Below are positions 54,755-64,000 of a DNA stretch of 64,000 bases, piece after piece. Made by a program: the position numbers and the translations under genes. The stretch is from Collinsella sp. GTDB taxonomy: Bacteria; Actinomycetota; Coriobacteriia; Coriobacteriales; Coriobacteriaceae. Under the pieces are notes generated by a model. It was not told the origin of the DNA, made no database searches, and was given only the letters and a program-made list of their open reading frames with translations. The stretch spans positions 127,484-191,483 of the forward strand of contig DBFPAR010000021.1 in the NCBI GenBank assembly GCA_048362915.1. The letters run 5' to 3'. Every line of letters starts with the position of its first letter. Positions within the stretch are counted from its first letter, which is position 1.

Positions 54755-57208
54755 CTATCCGCGGACCTCGCCGTTTACGCCCTTGCATACCTTGGTGACG
54801 ATCTTCTGGTGCGCCTTCTCGACCTCTTCGCTGGTGAGCGTGTGGTCGTCGGAGCGATAAGTAAGCGCAAAGGCCATGGACTTCTTGCCCGCTCCGATGC
54901 GGATGGGATCGCGGTAGACGTCGAACAGGCGCACGCCCTCGAGCAGCTTGCCGCCGGCGCTGGTAATGCGGCGCTCAAGATCCTCGCAGGTCACAGCATT
55001 GTCGACCACGATAGCAAGGTCGTGCTCAACAGCCGGGTACTGCGAGAACTCGCGGTAGTTCTCCTGGTTGCGGGCGCCCTTGATCAGCTTGTCCAGATCG
55101 AGCTCAAAGGCAACGACAACCTCATCGATGCCCATCGCCTCGCGCGCCTCGGGGTGGATCTCGCCAACCCAGCCCAGCACGGTACCGCCCGAGAGCACCT
55201 CGGCAGCACGACCCGGCTGCAGGAAGGCATAGCTCTCGCCCTCGACGGGACGGAAGCGAACCTTCTCAATGCGCAGCTGGGCGAGCAGCTCCTCGACGAT
55301 GCCCTTGCCAAAGAAGAAACGCAGCTTGCGGTACTTCATGTTCCAAGACTGCTCGCTCCACTGACCCGAGAGCACGCCCGCGACGGACTTGGTCTCCTTG
55401 GGCAGGCTGGCATTCTCGCGACCGTGGAACAGACTGCCGACCTCGTACAGGTGCACGTTGGGCGTGCCGTGGGCCTCGTTATAGGCAACGGACTGCAGTA
55501 AGCCCGGCAGCAACGAGCGGCGCATCTCGGTCTGCTCGGCGACCAACGGGTTCATGAGCACCACGGGGCAGCCGCGGCCTTCGGTGGACATGCCGATCTT
55601 CTCCAGGTCGCCCGGGGCGGCAAAGCCAAAAGTCGTGGTCTCGTTGAGGCCGCAGGCGCGCAGGATCTCGCCGACCTTGCGGGTAAGCTTCTGCTCGCGC
55701 GTCAGACCGCCGATATGGTTCTTGGCAGCCGGAATGGTCGCCGTGACGCGACCCATGCCCCATAGGCGCAGGACCTCCTCGATCAGATCGATCTCGCGCG
55801 GCAGGTCGGGACGGAAGCTCGGCGGCGTGACCATAAAGTCCTCACCGTCGCGCTCGACGGTGCAGCCCAGGCGGGTAAGCGAGCGCTCGATAAAGTCGGG
55901 CTCGATGTCGGCGCCGCAGATGGCGTGCACGCGGGCCAGGCGCAGCTTAATGCTGTCGATGGTCTTGGGCGCGGGGAACACGTCCACATAGCCGGGGGCG
56001 ACCTCGCCGCCGGCGATCTCCTCGATGAGCGCGCACGTCACATTGGCGACGTCCACGCAGCCGGTCTCGTCGACCTGGCGCTCAAAGCGGATGGAGGCGT
56101 CGGAAATCAGCGATAGGTCACGGCTGGTGTGCGAGGTGCGGCCGGCGTTGAAGCAGGCGCTCTCGACCATCACGTCAACGGTATCGTCCTCGATCTCGGA
56201 ATCCATGCCGCCCATGACACCGGCCAGCGCCACGGGACGCTCGCCGTCGGTGATGAGGCCCATGCCGGCGTCGAGCACGCGCTCCTCGCCGTCGAGCGTC
56301 GTGAACTTCTCGTCCTGCTGGGCGGCGCGAACCACCACACGACGGTGGCCATCGCGCTCGGCAAAGGTGTCCAGGTCAAAGGCGTGCAGCGGCTGACCGG
56401 TGAGCATCATCACATAGTTGGTGATGTCGACGATGTTGTTGTGCGGGCGCACGCCCAAGGCGTTAAGGCGCTTGACCATCCAGTCGGGCGACGGGCCGAC
56501 CTTGACGTTGCGCACGATGCGGGCAACGTAGCGGTCGCACAGGCCCTCGTCGGCAATCTCGACCGAAAGCTCGTCGTCGGTCGCGCGGCCGGTCTCGGCC
56601 TTGATGGCGGGCAGCTCAACGTGGAAATCGCGGTCGAAGATGGCGCCGGTCTCGCGGGCCATGCCGATCATGGACAGGCAATCGGGACGGTTGGGCGTGA
56701 TCTCGCAGTCGAGCACGGTGTCGCTCGAGCCCACGTACTCGGCAAACGGCATGCCGCAGGGCGTATCCTCGGGCAGGATCATGATGCCGGAGTGGTCGCC
56801 GCCCAAGCCGAGCTCGCGCGCGGAGCAGTTCATGCCCATGGACACGACGCCGCGAAGCTTGCTCTTCTTGATCTTGACGTCGCCGGGCAGGACAGCGCCG
56901 ATCATGGCCGTGACGATGTGGTCGCCGGCCTCGAAGTTCTGCGCGCCGCAGACGATCTGCAGCGGAGCGGGATTGCCGTCGGCGTCGAGATTCTTGTCGC
57001 CCACATCGACCGAGCACACATACATGTGGTCGCTATCGGGGTGCGGGGTCTTGGTGAGCACCTTGGCAGTCACCACGTGGTCGAAGGACTCGCCCACGGT
57101 GTCGATCGCCTCGACCTCGGTGCCGGTACGGATATATTCGTCCGAAAGGGTCTTGGGATCCTCCGGAATATCGATCATGGTCTTGAGCCAGTCGTAAGAA
57201 ACGCGCAT
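54755..57208 (-). CDS. pheT: Phenylalanine--tRNA ligase beta subunit
   Basis: IVCGAQN, ITPNRPDCLS, GQPLHAFD, DLIEEV, LFDVY. Confidence 0.98.
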   Translation of the reverse strand: MRVSYDWLKTMIDIPEDPKTLSDEYIRTGTEVEAIDTVGESFDHVVTAKVLTKTPHPDSDHMYVCSVDVGDKNLDADGNPAPLQIVCGAQNFEAGDHIVTAMIGAVLPGDVKIKKSKLRGVVSMGMNCSARELGLGGDHSGIMILPEDTPCGMPFAEYVGSSDTVLDCEITPNRPDCLSMIGMARETGAIFDRDFHVELPAIKAETGRATDDELSVEIADEGLCDRYVARIVRNVKVGPSPDWMVKRLNALGVRPHNNIVDITNYVMMLTGQPLHAFDLDTFAERDGHRRVVVRAAQQDEKFTTLDGEERVLDAGMGLITDGERPVALAGVMGGMDSEIEDDTVDVMVESACFNAGRTSHTSRDLSLISDASIRFERQVDETGCVDVANVTCALIEEIAGGEVAPGYVDVFPAPKTIDSIKLRLARVHAICGADIEPDFIERSLTRLGCTVERDGEDFMVTPPSFRPDLPREIDLIEEVLRLWGMGRVTATIPAAKNHIGGLTREQKLTRKVGEILRACGLNETTTFGFAAPGDLEKIGMSTEGRGCPVVLMNPLVAEQTEMRRSLLPGLLQSVAYNEAHGTPNVHLYEVGSLFHGRENASLPKETKSVAGVLSGQWSEQSWNMKYRKLRFFFGKGIVEELLAQLRIEKVRFRPVEGESYAFLQPGRAAEVLSGGTVLGWVGEIHPEAREAMGIDEVVVAFELDLDKLIKGARNQENYREFSQYPAVEHDLAIVVDNAVTCEDLERRITSAGGKLLEGVRLFDVYRDPIRIGAGKKSMAFALTYRSDDHTLTSEEVEKAHQKIVTKVCKGVNGEVRG

Positions 57209-57271
57209 ATAACTGGTCTCCTTTCATAAATGCGGCTTTGAGCCGGAAACTGCAACTAAGAAGAAAGCGTT

Positions 57272-58348
57272 CTAGAACTGGTTCAAGAACCTCATGTCAC
57301 CAGTCATCAACGTGCGCAGATCGGGCAGGTCGTAGCGCAGGGCCGCGACGCGCTCGGCGCCAATACCAAAGGCGAAGCCGGTGTACTTCTCGGGGTCGAT
57401 ACCGCAGTTGATCAGGACGTTGGGGTCGACCATGCCGCAGCCCAGGATCTCGATCCAGCCGCTGTGTTTGCAGAAGTTGCAGCCCTTGCCGCCGCACACA
57501 TGGCAGCTCACGTCCACCTCGCAGGAAGGCTCAGTGAAGGGGAAGAAGTGCGGGCGGTAACGCGTCTTGCGGTCCTCGCCAAACATGCACTTAACAAAGT
57601 AGTCGAGCGTGCCCTTAAGATCGCCAAAGGTGATGCCCTCGTCGACGACCAGGCCCTCGATCTGGTTGAACTGCGGCAGGTGGCAGGCGTCGGCCGTGTC
57701 GGGACGATAGACGGTGCCCGGGCAGATCATGTAGATGGGCGGCTTCTGCGACTCCATGGTGTGGATCTGCACGCCCGAGGTCTGGGTGCGCAGCAGCACG
57801 TCGGACTCGCCGTGGGCGTGAGCCTCGGGGTGTGCGACGCTGCCGGGGTTGTTGTCGACCACGTAGAAGGTGTCGCGGGCCGAGCGGCTCGGGTGATCCA
57901 TGGGGGCGTTGAGCGCGGTGAAGTTGTAGTAGGAGGTGTCGACCATGGGACCGGACTCGACGGTGTAGCCGATGCCGCAGAAAATGTCCTCGGCCTCCTC
58001 GATGATCTGCTTGATCAGGTGCTGGTGACCGATCTGCGGACGGATGCCCGGCAGCGTGATATCGACGGCCTCGTGCTCGAGTGTGTGCTTGAGGGCGGCG
58101 GCCTTCATCTCGGTGGTGCGCTCGTCGAGCATGCCCTCAATCAGCTGGCGCATCTCGTTGGCGCGCTTGCCCATCATGGGACGATCCTCGGGGGCGAGCT
58201 TGCCCATCATGCGCATCAGGCCAGTGATGCGGCCCTTGCGGCCGAGCAGCTCAACGCGCGCGGCCTCGAGCTTTGCGGCGTCGTCGGCGCCCGCGACGAG
58301 CTCCTTGGCCTCTTCCTCGAGTTTGACCAGATCATCAATCAGACTCAT
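57272..58348 (-). CDS. pheS: Phenylalanine--tRNA ligase alpha subunit
   Basis: LLRTQTS, FNQIEG, FPFTEPS, EILGCGMV, GFAFGIGAER. Confidence 0.98.
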   Translation of the reverse strand: MSLIDDLVKLEEEAKELVAGADDAAKLEAARVELLGRKGRITGLMRMMGKLAPEDRPMMGKRANEMRQLIEGMLDERTTEMKAAALKHTLEHEAVDITLPGIRPQIGHQHLIKQIIEEAEDIFCGIGYTVESGPMVDTSYYNFTALNAPMDHPSRSARDTFYVVDNNPGSVAHPEAHAHGESDVLLRTQTSGVQIHTMESQKPPIYMICPGTVYRPDTADACHLPQFNQIEGLVVDEGITFGDLKGTLDYFVKCMFGEDRKTRYRPHFFPFTEPSCEVDVSCHVCGGKGCNFCKHSGWIEILGCGMVDPNVLINCGIDPEKYTGFAFGIGAERVAALRYDLPDLRTLMTGDMRFLNQF

Positions 58349-58434
58349 GTCTTCCCTTTCGTCTCTCGCGCTCCCCGCTTGCCGAGGCGGCTGCCGCCGT
58401 CTGACGTTGCGAAAACGCGGCCCGGTTCGGTAAC

Positions 58435-58720
58435 AAAAAACCGCCCTCGGGCATGTGCATTGCCCAAGGACGGTTGAATTCCGCGGTACCACCTTGTTTG
58501 ACCCGGCGGATGTCTGGCCCGCCGCGCCCACTCTTTGCCCCTTGTCGCGAGGCTCACGGCTTCCCTACTGGGGCTTCGCCGCCGCTGGCCGCGTGCCCGT
58601 TGAGGTCGCTGCTCGGGAGTGAACGCTTGGCCCTTGTCACCGCAGGAAGGCTTGCAGCCCATGACCTTCCCTCTCTTGCCGGCGACGCGGCGGGCAAAAC
58701 CCTCTCCGTCAACGCATTGG
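58435..58720 (-). promoter_or_regulatory. Phe T-box riboswitch
   Basis: AAGGTGGTACCGCGG T-box, terminator with T-run, stem I with AGAGA/GCTG motifs and TTC specifier. Confidence 0.93.
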
Positions 58721-58852
58721 GCTATAGGATACCACATTGTGTGGGCGTATCGCCGCGTTCCGTTTTGTTCGTGCTGGGTACAAGGCAGGTAGCTGTGCAA
58801 ACTGGCCGTGTGCCCAGCCGTGGCGTTCGGCTCGCGAGATCAAGGATATGGT

Positions 58853-60427
58853 ATGGAAAAGAAGCACGATAAGAAGGCCAAGCCCGCAGCGGGCAAGACG
58901 CCCAAAGGCATGAAGGTCGATAAGGCCGTCAAAAAATTCCGCAAGCTCGAAGGCAAACTGTGGACCCGCGAGTACCTGCTCAAGATTGCCGAGTTTGACG
59001 GCGCGACCATTGCTCCCGCCAACGGTGCCGCCGCCCGTGCCGACGCCATGGGCACCCTTGCCGGCGAGCACCATAAGCTCCTGACCAGCGAAAAGTCTGT
59101 CGAACTTGTACGTTCGCTGGCACGCGAGACCGTCACCGGCGGAAAGATCGACGACCCGCAGCTGCTTGACGAGATTCGCGTGCTCGGCCGCGACCAGCGC
59201 GAGGCAAGCGTCATCCCCACCGAGGAGGCCGAGGCCTGGACCAGGCTCACCTGCGAGGCCGACGCCGTGTGGCACAAGGCCAAAGCGGCCAACGACTGGG
59301 CGAGCTTTGAGCCCTATGTGGACAAAATCGTCAGCCAGCTCAAGCATCAGGCCGAGCTCATGGACCCCAAGCGCGACCCATACGACGTGTGGCTCGACCA
59401 GTACGAGCGCGGCCTTTCCACCGAGAGCTTCGATGCGTTTTGCGACGAGGTTAAGGCCACGGTCGTGCCGCTCGTGCACGCCATCGGCGAGCGCGGCCAG
59501 CAGCCCGCTGCAGACTTTTTGCACGCCCGCGTGCCCGAGGCCGCCCAGCGCGCCATGAGCTTCGACCTGATGAAACTCGTCGGCCTGGACCTGGACGACA
59601 CCACGCTTGCCTTTACCGAGCATCCGTTTAGCGAGGGCTTCTCGGTGGGCGACGCGCGCATCGCCACGCACATCTACGAGGACGATTGCATCTCCAACGT
59701 CTACAGCATCATCCACGAGGCCGGCCACGCCATGTACGAGCTGGGCGTGAACCCCGCCTACGCGCGCACGTGCCTGGAGGGCGGCACCTCCATGGGCATC
59801 CACGAGAGCCAGAGCCGCTTTTTCGAGAACACCGTGGGCCGCAGCCGCGCCTTTATGGGACCGCTGCTCGAGGTGCTGCGCCGCCACGCGCCCGAGGTCT
59901 ACGGCAACGTGGACGAGGACACGCTCTACCGCGCCGTGAACATCGCTCAGCCGTCGCTGATCCGTACCGAGGCCGACGAGCTCACCTACCCGCTGCATAT
60001 CATGGTGCGTTACGAGATTGAGCGCATGCTGTTTGCCGGCGAGGCCACGGCCAAGGACATCCCCGCGCTTTGGAATCGCTTTATGGACGAGTACCTGGGC
60101 ATTCCCGTTCCCGACGACACACGCGGCTGCCTGCAAGATACGCACTGGAGCGGCGGCTCGTTTGGCTACTTCCCCACGTATGCGCTGGGTAGCGCCTACG
60201 ATGCCATGTTTGTGCCGGCCATGTGCCGCGACGGCGTCGACCTCAATGGCGCCTGTGCGAGCGGCGATCTGGCGCCCGTCCGCGCCTGGCTGGGCGAGCA
60301 CATTTGGCAGTGGGGCCGCGCCAAGGACGCGCCGGAACTCATCAAGGGCGCATGCGGCATGGCGTTCGATGCCCGCTACTACTGCAGCTACCTGCAGGAC
60401 AAGTTCACCACGCTCTACGAGCTGTAA
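58853..60427 (+). CDS. M32 carboxypeptidase (Taq-type)
   Basis: HPF, HEAGHAMYE, HESQS, IRTEADE, GCLQDTHW, GYFPTY. Confidence 0.95.
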   Translation: MEKKHDKKAKPAAGKTPKGMKVDKAVKKFRKLEGKLWTREYLLKIAEFDGATIAPANGAAARADAMGTLAGEHHKLLTSEKSVELVRSLARETVTGGKIDDPQLLDEIRVLGRDQREASVIPTEEAEAWTRLTCEADAVWHKAKAANDWASFEPYVDKIVSQLKHQAELMDPKRDPYDVWLDQYERGLSTESFDAFCDEVKATVVPLVHAIGERGQQPAADFLHARVPEAAQRAMSFDLMKLVGLDLDDTTLAFTEHPFSEGFSVGDARIATHIYEDDCISNVYSIIHEAGHAMYELGVNPAYARTCLEGGTSMGIHESQSRFFENTVGRSRAFMGPLLEVLRRHAPEVYGNVDEDTLYRAVNIAQPSLIRTEADELTYPLHIMVRYEIERMLFAGEATAKDIPALWNRFMDEYLGIPVPDDTRGCLQDTHWSGGSFGYFPTYALGSAYDAMFVPAMCRDGVDLNGACASGDLAPVRAWLGEHIWQWGRAKDAPELIKGACGMAFDARYYCSYLQDKFTTLYEL

Positions 60428-60449
60428 GGCATAACCGACACGTCAACGC

Positions 60450-60488
60450 AAAGGGGACGCCGCGGAACCAATCCGCGGCGCCCCCTTT
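60450..60488. terminator. Bidirectional terminator between convergent genes
   Basis: AAAGGGG-CGCCGCGGA/TCCGCGGCG-CCCCTTT. Confidence 0.65.
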
Positions 60489-60524
60489 CCACCTAGTTGT
60501 TTAAGAACGTCCCCAATGACTACC

Positions 60525-61856
60525 TTACAGAGCCTCGAGCGCGGCGGCGATGCGCTTCATGGCGGCATCGGCGGATGCTTGGTCGGGCGCCTCGGCCAGC
60601 ACGCGGATAACCGACTCGGTTCCGCTCTTGCGTACGAGCACGCGGCCCTCGCCCGCCAGCGACGCCTCGGCCTCGGCGATGGCGTTCTGCACGCCCATGT
60701 TCTCGAGCGCGGCGTCCTTGTCCGCCACGTGCACGGCCACCTGCGCCTGCGGCAGCAGCTTACACGGAGCCGTGAGCTGCGAGAGCGTCTCACGCTCGGC
60801 ACGAATCACTTCCATCACGCGCAGCGAGGTCATAATGCCGTCGCCCGTGCGCTCGATATCGCCAAAGATCGTATGGCCCGTCTGCTCGCCACCCAGGCTG
60901 TAGCCGCCCTCGCGCATCTTGGCATACACGTGACGGTCGCCCACACCGCTGGTCACGGCGCTCAGACCGGCAAGCTCCAGCGACTTGACCAGGCCAAAGT
61001 TGCTGGCAATCGTCGGCACCACGGTACCGCCCGAGAGTCGCCCGTGCTTGTTCAGATACACGCCGCACACGTACAGGATCTGATCGCCGTCTACCACGCG
61101 ACCGCGCTCGTCCACGGCCAGGCAGCGATCGGCATCGCCGTCATAGGCAAAGCCCACGTCCAGGCCCTGCTCCACCACATGGCGCTGCAGGCGCTCAATA
61201 TGCGTAGAGCCGCAGTCGACATTGATGTTAAAGCCGTCGGGCGCGGCGTTGATCACGCGCACGTCGGCGCCCAGTGCGTCGAACACCGGCTTGGCCACCG
61301 AGGATGCCGAGCCGTTGGCGCAGTCGATACCGATCTTGACGCCCTGCAGCGAAAAGTTCGCGCTGGCGATGAGCGAGGCAATATAGCGGTTGCGGCCCTG
61401 CATGTAGTCCACCGTGGCGCCGATATGGTTGCCCGTTGCCAGCGGTACCTCGCTCTTGCCATCGATGTAGTCCTCGATGAGCTCCAGTACGTCCTCGTCC
61501 ATCTTAAAACCGTCGCTGTTGACGAGCTTAATGCCGTTATCGCAAAACGGGTTGTGGCTTGCGCTGATCATGATGCCGCAATCGAAGCAGCCCTCCACGG
61601 TCTGATGCGCCACGCCCGGCGTCGGGATCACATGCAGCATATAGGCGTCCGCACCGCTCGCGACCAGGCCGCTCACCAGCGCCGCCTCGAACATATAACT
61701 CGAGCGACGCGTGTCCTTGCCCACGATCACGCGCGCCTTGCGCTCGCGGTTGGCGCCGTAATACCAGCCCACAAAACGGCCAATCTTATAAGCGTGCTCT
61801 ACCGTCAGCCCAACGTTGGCCTCACCACGAAAGCCGTCGGTGCCAAAGTACTTCAT
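60525..61856 (-). CDS. glmM: Phosphoglucosamine mutase
   Basis: YFGTDGFRG, ISASHNP, DGDADR, GGEQTGH, RKSGTE. Confidence 0.93.
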   Translation of the reverse strand: MKYFGTDGFRGEANVGLTVEHAYKIGRFVGWYYGANRERKARVIVGKDTRRSSYMFEAALVSGLVASGADAYMLHVIPTPGVAHQTVEGCFDCGIMISASHNPFCDNGIKLVNSDGFKMDEDVLELIEDYIDGKSEVPLATGNHIGATVDYMQGRNRYIASLIASANFSLQGVKIGIDCANGSASSVAKPVFDALGADVRVINAAPDGFNINVDCGSTHIERLQRHVVEQGLDVGFAYDGDADRCLAVDERGRVVDGDQILYVCGVYLNKHGRLSGGTVVPTIASNFGLVKSLELAGLSAVTSGVGDRHVYAKMREGGYSLGGEQTGHTIFGDIERTGDGIMTSLRVMEVIRAERETLSQLTAPCKLLPQAQVAVHVADKDAALENMGVQNAIAEAEASLAGEGRVLVRKSGTESVIRVLAEAPDQASADAAMKRIAAALEAL

Positions 61857-61939
61857 GCGCTCTCCTTACAAAATAGGGGCGAACAGATTGCCTGTCCGCC
61901 CCAAAATGGTACTCGATTATCTGCGCTACCAGAAAAACC

Positions 61940-64000
61940 CTACGCCGACGCGCTGTCGCGAGCCGCCTGGCATGTAGGAGTCTGACGCAGCGTAAGCGGC
62001 TTGTCCCCCGCCTCGGCCGACGTGGTCAGCGTATACGTGATCGTCGTCGTCTCGCCAGCATGCAGGTCAACGGTGCCCGAATAGAAGGGGATTCCATGCC
62101 ACGTAGCGGCGCCAAGACTAAACTGGGTGCCCTCGACGGTCAGATCAGTAATGTTGCCGCCCGTCGGGGCAAACAACGAGACATTCAGACGCTCGTCGTC
62201 ACGCGCGGCATCGGGTGCGCTCGCCGCAACGTAGTCGGGCAGCTTGCCTGCCTCCTCCTGCGTCATGATGTTCGTCAGAGTAACGGTGATGCGATACGAG
62301 CACGTGCCGTCGCCGTTCTTGATGCCCTGGCCGATCTGCGTGTCGGCGTTCAGATACCAGTCGAGCTTGGAGAAGCTCAGGTTGTTAAAGTAAACGCCGG
62401 CAACGGGATCGGCACTCGGATCATCCGGATCGGGCAGCGAAGCGTCAATACCCGTCTCTTTGATGGCATTCTGCTCATCATCGTTTCTCATCCAAGCAAT
62501 CAGACGGCCCTCTTCGGCACCGCGCTCAACGGCGCTGACAAGCTTCGTAACATCGACATCGCCGATACCGCCAAGGATCTTGTCGAAGGCAGCGCTGGCG
62601 ACGGATGCAAAGATGCCGTCCGACTCCTCGACCGGATAGTTCCAGTACACATCGTGCATGAGGACCTTTGCGGCGTTGGTGCCGTCGACAACCGTTCCGT
62701 CGGGCAGCGAGACATTACCGACCAGGCCCAGCAGATACTGCAGGAACACCGGGTCGATACCGATGACGCCATCAACGTCCTGTCCATACTGGGACTTCCA
62801 CAGCGCGGCGACACGCTGCGAGTTGCGGGGCCAATCAGGCGAATAGGTATTGCCCGAGTTGTACAGGTTACTGTGGTTGCCGAACAGCGCCTCATCCTCT
62901 TCGTCGACGCTCTCGACTGCCTCATCCTCGCTGAGTCCAATGCGGGGAACAAACTCGCCAATCGACATCTGGCCGTCAGTGACCGAAATCAGGCCCTGCG
63001 AACCGCCAAAGCCGCCGCAAGCACGAATCTCGACGTTGTTCATGGCGTACATAAGGTAGTTGCGCGTCTGGCCGTTGGCGCCGAGCATCTGGGGAAGGAC
63101 GGGGGCAACCTTCTCCGCCGCGTCAACCGCGCCGTTGAGGGTGGCAAAGCCGTCCTTGGCCTTATCGACCAGCTCGGTCACCTGGGAAATATGAGTATCG
63201 CCAATGCCCTGGACCTTCTCGTTGGCGCTCTTGAACACCTTCGAGCTGCTGGAAAGCGAATCGGCGACCGCCTGCAGCGCGGACACGTTAATCATGCCGT
63301 CCTGGAACAGCTTGCCGGGCGTAGCCTGCGAGAGGTTGTCGGCCATGGGAACCAGCGCATTGCTCGAGACATCGGACAGGGCGTCAATCATGGTGCGGGC
63401 CGCATTGATATCGCTGCCATACACCGGGATAAACGAAGCCGCCGTCCACAGCGGGCTCGAGGTCTCCGCCTTCATGCTGTCGCAGAGCTCATCGATCTTC
63501 TTCGCGTCGTCGGGCAGCGTCGAAAAATCGCCCGACGTGACCTTGTCCTTAAGGCCACCGACGATCTCGACAGCCTCCTTCGCTTCGCTCTTTACGGTCT
63601 TTGCCGAGTTAAGCAGCATAAAGCCGCTTGCGCCAAGCGCAACGAGAAGCACCGCGACTACAGCGGCAATAATGGCGCCGGTGTGACGCTTTTTGCGCTC
63701 GCCCTTGCGATGGCGATGACGGACCAGACCGTCAGAGGTCGAACTCGACGAAGCGTCGCTACCGTAGTTCAAGCCAAAATCGTAATAATCTTCCTTGGAA
63801 CCCGAGCCCGCAAACTCGGTACCGCTATCATCCAGGCGGGCGAACGTGCCAGTCTCGGAGGCGCCGGTGTAGATCGTGCCAAGGTTACCCGTAAGCCCCG
63901 CGCCACCGGCAGAGGGAGTATTGTTGTCGGCCTTGCCGGCATTAACGTTGCCGGCGGCATTCGCGGCGTTGGCAGCACCTGCGTTGTTCGCAGGTACCGA
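61940..64000 (-). CDS. DUF4012-like membrane-anchored envelope protein (start beyond the window end)
   Basis: Frame is open to the window edge; TM then NNVEIRACGG, SPDWP, VDGVIGIDP, KLDWY motifs. Confidence 0.75.
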   Translation of the reverse strand, partial: SVPANNAGAANAANAAGNVNAGKADNNTPSAGGAGLTGNLGTIYTGASETGTFARLDDSGTEFAGSGSKEDYYDFGLNYGSDASSSSTSDGLVRHRHRKGERKKRHTGAIIAAVVAVLLVALGASGFMLLNSAKTVKSEAKEAVEIVGGLKDKVTSGDFSTLPDDAKKIDELCDSMKAETSSPLWTAASFIPVYGSDINAARTMIDALSDVSSNALVPMADNLSQATPGKLFQDGMINVSALQAVADSLSSSSKVFKSANEKVQGIGDTHISQVTELVDKAKDGFATLNGAVDAAEKVAPVLPQMLGANGQTRNYLMYAMNNVEIRACGGFGGSQGLISVTDGQMSIGEFVPRIGLSEDEAVESVDEEDEALFGNHSNLYNSGNTYSPDWPRNSQRVAALWKSQYGQDVDGVIGIDPVFLQYLLGLVGNVSLPDGTVVDGTNAAKVLMHDVYWNYPVEESDGIFASVASAAFDKILGGIGDVDVTKLVSAVERGAEEGRLIAWMRNDDEQNAIKETGIDASLPDPDDPSADPVAGVYFNNLSFSKLDWYLNADTQIGQGIKNGDGTCSYRITVTLTNIMTQEEAGKLPDYVAASAPDAARDDERLNVSLFAPTGGNITDLTVEGTQFSLGAATWHGIPFYSGTVDLHAGETTTITYTLTTSAEAGDKPLTLRQTPTCQAARDSASA

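Noticed and set aside
63769..63978. Separate 69-aa ORF, or a start at 63772
   Set aside because: The DUF4012-like frame stays open to position 64000

Overview
High-GC (about 60%) bacterial chromosome segment whose gene content fits a gut coriobacterium (Collinsella-like; inferred, not searched). Most genes are on the minus strand. Housekeeping genes: htpG, serS, proC, rlmH, a TatD-family gene, rsmA, metG, rsmI, rsgA, pyk, pheS/pheT with a Phe T-box, glmM, and six tRNA genes (Ser-GCT, 3x Arg-ACG, Leu-CAG, Phe-GAA). Envelope and accessory modules: two tandem YhgE/Pip proteins, a stand-alone CpsBCD tyrosine-kinase triad, pstB-phoBR, VanRS-like regulators with a D,D-carboxypeptidase, a Gram-positive Tad/Flp pilus locus, a toxin-antitoxin pair, an ECF nickel transporter with a NikR-type operator, and a Ca2+-type P-ATPase. 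The most striking unexplained signal is non-coding: a family of 189-190 bp tRNA-linked units at three different tRNA loci. Each unit duplicates the local tRNA 3' end from the T-loop, carries an inverted copy of that same tRNA's T-arm, and encloses a shared multi-hairpin core with compensatory changes. Other candidates: a kissing-loop, RBS-sequestering leader before the P-type ATPase, several REP/REPIN-like hairpin elements, a GH5 lacking its acid/base Glu, a GNAT gene broken by a microhomology deletion, and an unannotated 57-aa membrane protein. No integrase, transposase or cas gene is visible.
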